From the human T2T-CHM13v2.0 reference genome, Homo sapiens: a stretch of DNA of 64,000 bases. Of the stretch, positions 1-13,974 are shown in pieces. The notes below the pieces were generated by a model that saw only the letters and a list, made by a program, of their open reading frames with translations, did no database searches and was not told where the DNA came from. Every line of letters starts with the position of its first letter. Within the stretch, counting starts at the first letter, position 1. Both the position numbers and the translations under genes were made by a program. The stretch is taken from assembly GCF_009914755.1 (NCBI RefSeq), contig NC_060931.1; one strand, given 5' to 3'.

Positions 1-917
1 TTTCCCTTTCGTCATGTCATTGTTTTGCTTCACATATTTGAGACTAAAACTGCAACAAATTCAGAATTGTAATGTTTTAGAAAGATTGACACTTTTATTA
101 TGAAATTACCTCTCTTTGTTGCCAATAATGTTTCTTGCCTTAAAGTCTAATCTGGTAAGTGCTCAGTGCATTTACATATTATTATCATCAAATTTGGGGT
201 TTTAAATTTGCTCTCTTACTCTTTGTTTTCTACTTATCTATTCATTCTATATGTCTTTTCTGTACTTTTTGGCATTTTTTTGGATAATATTTCTTCATTC
301 CATTTTTTCCTGTTTTATCTTGCTAATTTTGTTGTTATTTTTTAGTCACTATTCCAAAGATGATGGTGAGCATTCTTGATTGATTAAAGTCTAATGTTAA
401 TTAGTACTTTTACCACCTTCAAGAAGATGCAAAGATTTTAGAACACTTGAATTCAATTTATATCTCTCCATGCTTTATCCCATTATTGTCAGGAATTTTG
501 ACTCTACCTATATTTCAAATCCTGTTAGGTGATTACTATTGTTATTGTAAATCTTTGATATGTACATAGGTTTACCCACACATTTGCTCTTTCTATTGCT
601 CTTGGTTTCTTTGTGCAGTTCTGGCTCTCACCTGGGATTGCCTTTGCACTTTTGGAATCACTCCTTTTAGCATTTCCCTTAGTTCATGTTGGTGGGTTAC
701 AAATCATCATAGTTTCAGTTTGTCTGAAAATATTATTGTGTCATCAAGATGATGGATATTTTTATTGCATAAAGAACTCTAAATTAGCAGTTATTTTCTT
801 TTACAATTTTGAAGATGTTGTTCCATTTCCTTTGGGTTCCATTGCTGTTGTTGAAAAGGCTGTCTTCAATCTTATTGTTGCACACTTAAAAGTTTTTGCC
901 TCCGAACAGATTTTAAG

Positions 918-1018
918 TTTTGTTTTTGTTTTTTCTTTAGAGATGGAGGTCTCACTATGTTGCTTAGGCTGGTCTCAAACTCCTGGCTGAAAGCAATCCT
1001 ATCATCTCAGCTTCTCGT
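918..1018 (-). mobile_element. FLAM/AluJ left-monomer fragment
   Basis: gagatggaggtctcactatgttgcttaggctggtctcaaactcctgg. Confidence 0.75.
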
Positions 1019-1275
1019 GTAACATAATTTTAAAATTTCTTTCTTCATTTTTTTATTTCATATATTGGACCTTGGTAGAGTTTTTGTTGTTGTTTCTATT
1101 CTCTTTGGGATTCATAGTGCTTCTTGAGTCTATGTCTTTTTTTATTATGATTTTTTAAAAAATGTATTGCCCTTTAAAATATCGTTTCTTCCAAATTCTT
1201 CCTCTTGTTTCTTTCCAGAGCAACATTATAGGCATGTTAAAACTTTGCCCTATGTCTTTCATGACTTTTGTGTGA

Positions 1276-1687
<412 letters not shown>

Positions 1688-3017
1688 TAATCTTCTATTA
1701 GTCTTCATCAGTTAAGTAACTTTAGTTGTTTTATTTTTCAGTTTCAGAATTTCTATTTTATTAAAAAAATTCTCTAGTGTAAATTTTCTATATTTTGTGT
1801 ACTCTCTTCAAACAATTGATTACAGCTATTTTAAAACCAATCAATTCTGAATGCCCTTGTGCATTTGTTTCTATTTTCTGTTTATTTTCATGGTCTGTTT
1901 TTCTAGACTTATCTTCAGACATGGCTTTTAATAGTTATTGAAATTTGGACATTGTGTTTAAAAAGTTTGAGAGTCAATTCATTGATCTGGTTAGTGTTAT
2001 CGTCCTCCAGAGAGTATTTACTTTTGCTTGATGTGTGTGAGGAGGTCGTTATGACGATGGCAAATCTCCTATCTATTCAGTGATTGTCTACCTAATTCAG
2101 CAATTTAGGTGATTTGAAATTGGGCTCCCACTTTGTGATGGTACAATATTTTTAGCACATGCTGTCTCCTAGGGTGTAGCCCTTCAGGGGTCCTAACTGA
2201 AAATTTGAGGTAATTATAAGGGCACCACCTCCTTGGTGGTCTCTGTTTGCTTCTTAAACTAGATTTCCTTAACTTCTGAGCATCTTAGCCACTGTATTTC
2301 ACCTGTTTCTTCACCTCTCAGTGTCCAGTTTCAAATCAGCAGTGCCTTGAGTAAAAAGTACTCAGGAGTTGAAAATCAGATTCACTGATTTGTACTTCCT
2401 GTCTTCTGGGGATTTTATTTCTTCAAGGTGTCATTGCCTGGGCAGCTTTCTGAAGCCTTCAAACTTATAGGTTTTGCATTCTGTTCATTTTTGTAAGCTG
2501 CTCTCAGCAGGAGGGTTTGTCAGCAACAATCTTCTCTACAACTAATAAAGCTTGAAATATCTCTAGCATGAGTTATTTTGAAGCAGATAGCATTTTAACT
2601 CATATGGCAGAAAGAACGCACATCTGCTGAAATTGAAGAGTTTCCTGATGCAGAGGCCTTCTCTTCAAACTAAGAAACAAAGTTGGAAGCACTTAGAACA
2701 TTATGTTTGGAGTAAGAAATGTGAATACTGATGAAAACAGAACTGCAAAAATTTCGCCTAAAATAATGAGTGTTTTAGCACTGTAAAGAATACCAGGAAT
2801 CACCCCAAATTACCAAAGTTATCATTCTACTTAGGGACCTTAAAATAGAAAGAACCCAGGGCCAGTATCATTTTGATGCCTTTTAAAATTTCTTTTTGAA
2901 ATAGTGAAATGTCACAATGGATTTTAAAAATAGGGGAATGTTGAAAATGTTGATATTTAATAAATTAGTACTTTTTAATTGACCAATTTCTATATAATAT
3001 TAACATGCTGTCTACAT

Positions 3018-3549
3018 CAGGAGTTCTCAACCCCTGGGCCACAGACCAGCAGTGGTTCGTGGCCTGTTAGGAACTGGGCTGTACAGAAGGAGCGGAGCAG
3101 TGCACGAGTGGGCCAGCAAAGTTTCGTCTATATTTACAGCTGCTCCCCATCACTTGCATTACTGCCTGAGCTCCACCTCCTGTTAGATCAGCAGCGGCAT
3201 TAGATTCTCATGGGAGCATGAACCTTATTGTTGAATTGTCCATGCTAGGGATCTAGGTTGCAGTGTTCCTTATGAGAATCTAATGTCTGATGATCTATCA
3301 TTGTCTTCCATCACCCCCAAATGGGACCATCTAGTTGCAGAAAAACAACCTCAGGGCTTCCACTGATTCTACATTATGATGAGTTGTATAATTATTTCAT
3401 TATATATTATCATGTAATAACAATTGAAATAAAGTGCGCAATAAATGTAATGTGCTTGAATCATCCAGAAAACATCCCCACCCCTGTCTGTGGAAAAATT
3501 GTCTTCCATGAAACCTTTCCCTGGTGCCAAAAAAGGTTGGGGACCACCG
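3018..3549 (+). mobile_element. MER1A hAT-Charlie non-autonomous DNA transposon, full length
   Basis: Matches recalled MER1A consensus end to end; TIRs caggagttctcaacc / ggttggggaccaccg; 8-bp TSD gtctacat / atttacat. Confidence 0.85.
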
Positions 3550-4119
3550 ATTTACATAATTAGAAAGTTTATAAAATCCTAATTTATAGAGTGGTCATCA
3601 AATGGTAGGAAAGTTCAAGCAGTTTGAGGAACTGATGTTTTTTTTTCTCAATACTTGCAGTGCATCTCTATGACTGTATGGGCAGCTTCTTCTGGAGATA
3701 ATGTTGACAGTCTAAAAAGTTAAGCTGTGACGATTTACTCCCCTCCCCTGCCCCTATAGCACACTCTGATTTTAAATATTTTCTCTCTTAATTCTAATTA
3801 AATGACATAATTATAGTGCCATATCCCAGTCAATGCCATTTATCAGTGACAGCTAATTAACACAATTATAAAAGTGGGAGCCCTAAGTTACCAGTGAGGT
3901 ATAGAGCAACTCTGGAAATTTTCTCCTTACTGAAAGGAAATATTACACATATTCCTTCACCAGAAGAACAATACACAGTTTACCTTCCCTTTTCGTTTTT
4001 GATAATACCACTTTGTTCCCCATTCTCTACAAAATTTAGTTTGAAGAACATTTTAAAAACTTGATTCATCGTAGTCATCAATCCTTCATAAATATTTCTT
4101 GACAATTGGCCTCTCTGTA

Positions 4120-4245
4120 GTTTGCAACCTGGACTACTCATGTTTAAGAGCTTGGTTTTTCAAGACTATTGTGTTTCAAATGGTTTTGAGGTTTTATGGT
4201 CTGTTGACATTCTGAGGAACTTAGAACACATTCACTTCCTTTTGC
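4120..4245 (+). promoter_or_regulatory. TATA-less myeloid-type promoter candidate
   Basis: GAGGAACT at ~4214-4221, CACTTCCTTTT (AAAAGGAAGTG on minus, PU.1 consensus) at 4233-4243, TTGCAA C/EBP half-site at ~4122; RUNX-type ACCACA at ~4523 in the intron. Confidence 0.5.
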
Positions 4246-4249
4246 TTGG

Positions 4250-4388
4250 TGAGCTGTCCAGAGCCTTTGCAAATGCATGCAGAGCATGGAAATGACCCAG
4301 CTGCCCTGCTGTTGAAACAGAATCCTATTTGGAAGGCAGACATGTGGCCCATCTCTGTAGCCATCACTGAGAAATCTGGATTTTCAAG
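4250..4388 (+). other. GPR141: Probable first (5' UTR) exon of GPR141; start approximate
   Basis: Unique sequence ending in a consensus donor AAG|GTAAGT, immediately downstream of PU.1-type ETS motifs; distance to the CDS fits my recollection of the gene span. Confidence 0.65.
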
Positions 4389-5458
4389 GTAAGTGCAGAT
4401 GACTTAGGTTTGGGGAGACATGAATGAAAGTGCTATAGAAATAAAGCACACTTAATTTGTTGGCATAGTCCTAATTCAGAATCTTCAAATGGTTCTGCTC
4501 TAAAAAGCAAGCTTATTCTCTGACCACAACTCCTCCTTTATAGAAAGAATTGTTCTATTCTTACTGCTTAGGATATGCTGCTCTGAAAGTAAAACCTAAT
4601 ATTTATGGGTAAATGTGAACAAAAATGATTTCAGAATCTCTCTGTCAAAAAACCAGCTAAACATATCATAGAATTTTTTAGAGCAGTTGGCACTATTGAA
4701 TTTGTGTATAATTATTCAAATGCTTATCTTTTAAGTGATGTCTTAATTTCCTTTTGTTATGAAAATCCTTTAACTCTATTACTGCATTATTTTCAGATAG
4801 AGTTTGAAACTATTCAGGCAGCCCTAGTCAATAGAAGGAAACAATCTGTAAGCAATCAAGTACTTAGAAATTTCTAAAAGAAGTATATTCAAAATAACAT
4901 GTGAAATAATGGTAATTATAATTCTTTCCATCCCACTTTTAAAGTACTACTTAACAGGAAGGATCTGAAAATAACTTCTTAAATAAGATAAATAAAAAGA
5001 ACAACATCTGTTCAAATAATTTTACTTTAAGTAAAATACTTTCTATACCAGTATTTTCTACTTCCAAGAAGTAATATTTTTCAAATATGTGGAATGAAAT
5101 ATAATGCAAAGTTTTTAAACAATAAGTCAGTAATGCCTAACCTGAATATAGGCATTTAATTTTGTTTCTTTTACAAATTTGTTATATGACTTTTGATAGG
5201 TCACTTAATTCTCTGGACTTCAGCGTTCTACATAACTGCACAATTACTTATCTGAGAAATTACTTATTAAGTACTCCAGAATTACATGTCTTTGTTTTCT
5301 GTTTTATTGGGTTTAAATCAGTTAATTAGGATTTTAATCAGTCAATAGAAGTAATGGGAAGACCAATGGATGAGGAATCAGGTGGTGTGAATTCTAGTCC
5401 TCTGTTTTCTAGTAATTGGCTGCATAATTTGGGGGAATATTGTCTAAGGATTCCAGAC

Positions 5459-5660
5459 CAGGGGTTGGCAAACTTTTTCTACAAAAGCCTTGATAGTAAA
5501 TATTTTAGGCTTTGCAAGCCAAGAGGTAGAACTGAGGCTAATATATTGGTACTTACATAACCATTTAAAACTATAAAAACCATTCGTAGCTCACAGGCTG
5601 TATAAAAACAAGAAGTGAGCCAGCTTTGGCTTAGGTGACACAATTTTCCAACTATTCTTC
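5459..5660 (+). mobile_element. MER58-family hAT MITE
   Basis: caggggttggcaaactttttct...gatagtaaatattttaggctttgc. Confidence 0.75.
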
Positions 5661-5807
5661 TAGCAATGATTTTCAACAATTATAAAATGGAAGTTGTAGA
5701 CTGGATAAGAGATGCTCAGCTAAGGGAGTTCCTGGATGGTCTTTAGATTGATACACCAATCCTCTGAAATTGCATGCAAAAATGTAAGTGTGTGTTTTTC
5801 TTTTCTT

Positions 5808-5848
5808 CCTTTTGTGCGTGTGTGTGTTTCTCTCCCTCCCTCCTTCCT

Positions 5849-5880
<32 letters not shown>

Positions 5881-5942
5881 TCCTGCCTTCTTCCCTCCCT
5901 CCCTCCCTCCATCTCTCTCTCTCTTTCTCTCTTTCTTTCTTC
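5808..5942 (+). repeat. Compound microsatellite (TG/TCCC/CCTG/TC/TTTC) derived from the Alu tail
   Basis: Directly visible. Confidence 0.9.
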
Positions 5943-5944
5943 AG

Positions 5945-6267
<323 letters not shown>

Positions 6268-6480
6268 GAAAAACACGGATTGATTTTCAAAGTGGTCCAA
6301 AATCCAATTGTAGTTAAGGACCACAGGTCTAGCTAATTTCTAAAAGTGCTTTCCAAATTTAAAATCAATGAGCCTGTGAAATGTTTACTGGTGTCTACTA
6401 TGGGTAAGCCATTGTGCTAGCACTATAAGAGACGTAGCATGTTGTGACTAAAATAATGTGTTAAATATATTGTTAAATAA

Positions 6481-6745
<265 letters not shown>

Positions 6746-8384
6746 GACTAAAAATATTTTAAAGAAGTTAGAATATGTGCAAGTCTGTGCTGTCTTTCAA
6801 AGTAATAACATTGAAAACAATTTTCAATTGATCAAAGATTTCTGAGACATTGCTTTGCAAAGTGTTTTCAAAGCTAGTTCATACGTTATACCAAAGTATT
6901 TTCCAAATTATGTTATTGTCCCATCTTATTTTGAATGACAATGTTATTATTCGTGACAGTCATAATCAAACTTAATCTAAGCATAGTCTGTTTCCTAAAA
7001 ACATAATTTCCTTAAGGGCAGGAACTATGCCTTTGCTACCTTTATATTTTAGAACAGGGTTTGACCCATAATAAGTACCCAGCATCTTTGGAATGGTTAT
7101 ATGAGTGAATAAGTGAATGAAATGATGAAGGTATTATCATGGAGATTACGTACCATAGATAGTGAAGGCTTGGAACTCCAGATGGTCTAAAAGCAGTAGT
7201 TGCTAAGTCCAAAGATGGCTTCTCTTTTCAAAATTGGATGTAACTGTGATTTCAAAATAATTGGCCAACTCAATATTGCAGTTCCTGATGATTAAGTCAC
7301 TTTTTAAAAAGAGTGAAATTTGTGGAATTTAATTAACATAGGAGAGAGAAATACTTTTTACAAGGTTGCTAGTAACCTACTCTCTGGGATGGCGTGAGTG
7401 GAGAGTGAAATTTTGTTAATGAAAAGCATTGCCATCAGCATCTGAGCCCCTCGTGTCCTGAGACTGGGTAGAAGATAGTATCAGCTGGAACATCATGCAT
7501 AACTGGTAGCTTTTCTGGGAAATCCAAAAGTCAAGTCTGGTAGAATTTAGGGCACCACTCTGCTCCCTGATAAAGAAGTTCAGACTGAGCTCCACTGCCT
7601 GCCCAATTGATGATGTCAGTCGGAGCACTGTTTCCTGGGAATTTCCCACAGCTACCCAGGGCAGGGGAATAACTTGTGATCAATCAAATTGTAGCTCTGT
7701 TCTCACTCCAGGAACAATTCCACTAAAGGAAATCCAATCTATAATATCTAGTATATGATTCATTCACTTCTTAGGGAAATTTAAGATTTAAAATGTTGAG
7801 AAATGGTAATGAAAAACCTGAGTAGCTTTGTATATAGTTGGTGTCATGCCTGAGACATCCTTATTCAAAAAAGTGCCTCTCACCTCTACTCTTGTCATCC
7901 TCTCATCTCAGAAGCTGTTAGGAAATAGAAATATACTATTTGCTTTGGGATACAATTATACAGTGAGCCTGTGCAGTATCACTCTATATTAAATAGCACC
8001 ATTTTCTTCACACATTTAGCAGTTCTACTGAGGACATATTCCCGGATCTCCTTAAGGATTGAGATAAGTCCCAAATATAATCCAAAGACCACATGCTTCA
8101 TGAATGGGAGCTCGAATATGTCTTATGATCCAAGGTCTCACTTGGATGTGGCAGGAAGCTTAGTCCCCTCTCTGAGGATTTCTGAGACTCCCTGGGCAGT
8201 GCTTGCATGTTCTACAAATTCAAGACTGGTAGCACACACTCCTCTCGCTTCGACTGCTGTCCCAAGCTCCATTTTCAGATGACCCCTGCACTTCCCTGGA
8301 AGGCTTTACTCCAAAACGTGGTCAAGACCCCTTCCATTCCCTCTCAAACACAAGTAAACTTAAATCTGTGACAAAGCTATTTTT

Positions 8385-8592
8385 GGAGCAAACTTTTTCT
8401 TAAAGGACCAGATCATAAATATTTTAGATTTTGTGAGCCAAACAATCTCTGTTGCAACGATACAACTTACAATTGCAATGTGAATGCAACCACAGACGAT
8501 GCATAAATAAATAAGCTTGGCTGTGATCAGATAAAAACTGTGTTTACAAAAACGAGTGGCCAGCCCATGGGATGTACTTTGCTGGCCCATGA
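8385..8592 (+). mobile_element. MER58A MITE
   Basis: gcaaactttttcttaaaggaccagatcataaatattttag... Confidence 0.75.
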
Positions 8593-8632
8593 ACTATATT
8601 GAATGCTTCGTGTCAACTTTTAAAAACTACTA

Positions 8633-8948
<316 letters not shown>

Positions 8949-9379
8949 TTACAATGTAGTAAAAAGAGATATAAAACTGACAGTTAGAGAATGCCTTCCA
9001 GAGGTATCAGCACTTCCCTTCCTGGAGGTGTCCATCATTCATTTTAGCCCTGGCCTGAGGCCATGCTACTGAGACGCACTCATCCTTCCTGGCCAGAAGT
9101 CCTCTCTCCTCCTTGCCTTCACTTCCACAATTTCAGGTTCTTCTCCGCACAGGTTAAGCCCCAGCTAGGGATGTGAAAAACAAGTTCATGTCATAGTCAT
9201 CTGACAAGAGGAAGGCCCATTGAATAGAAATGTGGTCCATGGAGGTCGGAAGCATCTCTGAAACTACCAGTAGCACTTACCTTCCATTAATACCACTAAA
9301 GGGCTTATCAAAATTTTCCTTTCTTGACTAAAGAGAGAGTCTGCCATAAAGACAATTCTTTTCCCCTTTCTTTTAAAAA

Positions 9380-9578
9380 TTATTATTATGGTAAAGTATA
9401 TAAAATTTACCATTTTAAATATTTTACCAGATAGCTTAGTGGCTTAAATACATTCAGTTTGTTGTGCAACCAGGACTACAACTCATTTCCAGAAGTTTTT
9501 CGTTATCCCAGACTAAAACTCTTTACTCATTAAACAGTTACTCCCCATTCTTTCCTTCTCTCAGGCCCCTGGTAATCT
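9380..9578 (-). mobile_element. L1MB-like 3' end, first part (resumes at ~16365-16452)
   Basis: tgttgtgcaacca...ccagaagttttt...gcccctggtaa; continuation tattctactttcagtctctataaatttgac. Confidence 0.65.
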
Positions 9579-10725
9579 TATGAAGCTATGATGAAATTTA
9601 TCAAATGCTTTTTCTGAATCTATTGAGATGATTACATGGCTTTTGTCTTTCATTCTATTGATGTGATATGTCAGATTTGTCGATTTGCATATGTCAAACT
9701 ATCCTTCTATCCTTAGGATAAATCCCTTTTGGTCATGGTGAATAATCTTTTTAATGTGCTGCCAGATTCCATTTACTAGTATTTTGTTGAGGATTTTTGC
9801 ATCTGTGCTCATCAGGGATATAGGCCTATAATTTTCTTTTTTGGTTGTATCCTTGTCTGGTTTTGGAAACAGGTTAATGCTGGCCTTGTAGAATGAGCTT
9901 AAAAGACTTTCCTTCTCTTCAATTTTATGGAAGAGTTTGAAAAGAAATAGTATTAGTTATTTTCTGAATGTTTGGTAGGGTTCAGCAGCAAAGTCATGAG
10001 GTCTTGGGCTTTTCTTTGATGGGAGACTTTTTTAAAATTATGGATTCAGTTTTATTATTAATAATTGGTCTATTCAGAGTTTTTGTTTCTTCTTGAGTCA
10101 GTCTTGGTAGGGTGTATGTGTCCATGAATTTATCCATTTTTGCTAGGTTTTCCAACTTGTTGGTGTACAGTTGTTCATGGTAGTCTTCAGTGATCCTTTT
10201 TTTTTAAAATTTCTGTGCTATTAATTGTACAGTCTCTTTTCATTTCTGATTTTATTTATTTGGGTATTTTCTCTTTTATTCTTGGTTAGTTTAGATAATC
10301 ATTTGTCAATTTCATTTATATTTTCAAACAGTTAAGTTTTTGTTTCATTTCTCTTGTTATTTTTTTTCAGTTTCAATTTCATTTATTTCTGCTCCGATCG
10401 TTATTATTTCTTTCCTTCTTCTAATTTGGGGTTTGTTTTGTTTTTGTTTTTCTAGTCCCTAGAGATACATTGTTTATTTGAAATCTTTCTACTTTTTCGA
10501 TGTAGGCATTTATTTTTACAAACATCTCTCTTAATACTGCTTTTGCTGTGCTCCATAAATTTTGGAATTTTAGGTTTCTATTTTCATTTATTTCAAGAAA
10601 TTTTAAGATATCCTTCTTAATTTCTTCATGACCAATTGGTCATTCAGGAGCATGTTTTTTTGTTTGTTTGTTTTTGTTTTTGTTTTTAATTTCCATGCAT
10701 TTTTACGGTTTTGAACATTTCTCTT

Positions 10726-11112
10726 GTAATATACTTTGGATGTCCCCTCCGAATCTCATGTTAAGATGTAATTCCCGGCGTTAGAGGTGAGACCTGGTGG
10801 GAGGTGTTTGGGTCGTGGGAGCAGATCCCTCACGGCTTGGTGCTGTCCTCCTGATAGCGAGAGGGTTTTCGCAAGATCCACTCATTTAAGTGTGTAGCAC
10901 TTCCCCTGTCCTTTCCCCTTTCACAGTGCGACGTGCCTGCTCTTGCTTTGCCTTCCACAGTGAGTAAAATCTTCCTGAGGTCTCCCCAGAAGCAGATACT
11001 GGCACTATGCTTACTGTAGAGCCTGCAGAGCCATGAGCCAAATAAACCTCTTTTCTTATAAATTACCCAGTCTCCGATATTTTTTATAGCAATACAAGAG
11101 CAACCTAATACA
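10726..11112 (+). mobile_element. MSTA-like MaLR solo LTR
   Basis: aataaacctcttttcttataaattacccagtctc...ctaataca terminus; TSD ctctt. Confidence 0.85.
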
Positions 11113-11772
11113 CTCTTGTTATTCATTTCTAGATTATTTCATCGTGGTAAGAAAAGATATTTGATATTATTTCAATTCTTTTAAATGTGTTGAGGATTGT
11201 TTTGTGGCCTAACATGTAACCTATCCTGAAGAATGTTTCATGTGTTGATGAAAAAAAAAAAAGTGTATTCTGCAGCCGCTAGATGAAATGTTCTGTAAAT
11301 ATCAGTTAGGTATATTTCATCCAAAGTGCAGCTTAAATCCAATATTTCTTTGTTTATTTTCGCTCTATATCATTTGGCCATGCTGAGAACAAAGTGTTGA
11401 AGTCTCCTGTGTTACTGTATTGTAGTCTATCTCTCCCTTTAGATTCAATTACATTTGTTTTATGTATCTATGTGCTCTGGTGTTGGGTCATATATATTTG
11501 CAATTGGTGTGTTCTCTTTCTGAATTGATCCTTTTTATCATTGTATGATGACCTTCTTTGTATCTTTTTAGAATTTTGATTAAAATCTCTTTTATCTGTA
11601 TAAGTATAGTTACTCCTGCTCACGTTTGGTTTCTGTTTACATGGAATATCTTTTTTCATCTCTTCACTTCTAGTCTATCTGTATTATTACAGGTGAAGTA
11701 AGTTTATTGTGAACAGCATATAGTTGGGTCCTTTTTTTTTTTTTTTTTTAACCTAGTTACCCAGTCTATATC

Positions 11773-11882
11773 TTTTTTTTTTTTTTTTTTTTTTTTTGAG
11801 ACAGAGTCTCGCTCTGCTGCCCAGGCTGGAGTGCAGTGGCGCCATCTTGGCTCACTGCAACCTCTGCCTCCCGGGTTCAAGT
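11773..11882 (-). mobile_element. 5'-truncated Alu (3' part of right arm)
   Basis: Long poly-T; perfect TSD cagtctatatcttt at 11762 and 11883. Confidence 0.9.
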
Positions 11883-12477
11883 CAGTCTATATCTTTTAAG
11901 TGGAGAATTTAATCCATTTACATTCAAGGTTATTATTTATAGGTGAAGACTTACTCCTGTTATTTTGTTAATTGTTTTATTGTAGTTTTGTATGTTCTTT
12001 GTTCTTTTTTCCTCTCTTATTGTTTAGTATTGTGGTTTGATGATTTTCTGTAGTATAAAGTTTGATTATTTTCTGTTTCTCCTTTGTGTATCTGCTGTAC
12101 AAGTTAGTTTTATGCTTTTGCATGTTTTCGTGATGATTGTCGTTTTGCTTTAGATGTAGGACTCCCTTGAGCATTTTTTGGTAAGGCTGGTGAGTGGTAG
12201 TAAATTCTCTTAGTTTTTCTTTGTCTGGGAAAGATGTTTTTATCTCCATTTCTGAAAGATAGCTTTTCTGGGTGTAGTCTTGAGTGGAGTTTTTTCCCCC
12301 CCTTTAACACTTTGAATATGTCATCCCATTCTCTCCTGGCCTGTTAGATTTCTCTTAAGAAATGTGTTGTTAATCTAACGGGGATTCCTTTAGAGTGACT
12401 TTATACTTTTTATTGCTGTTTTAAGAATTCTCGCTGTCTTTGACTTCTTTTTTTTGTGTGGGCTGAATTGCATGCTG

Positions 12478-13973
<1,496 letters not shown>

Positions 13974-13974
13974 T

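Larger units (their letters stand above)
9585..12447 (-). mobile_element. Old L1 (L1MA/L1M2-like): 5' half of ORF2 and C-terminal part of ORF1, interrupted
   Basis: Minus-strand peptides LHPEKLSFRN and EIKTSFPDKEKLREFTT (ORF1p C-terminus); antisense ORF2 endonuclease/RT sequence. Confidence 0.85.

Noticed and set aside
613-990. 125-aa hydrophobic ORF
   Set aside because: GTG start within T-rich antisense L1/Alu sequence; hydrophobicity reflects base composition
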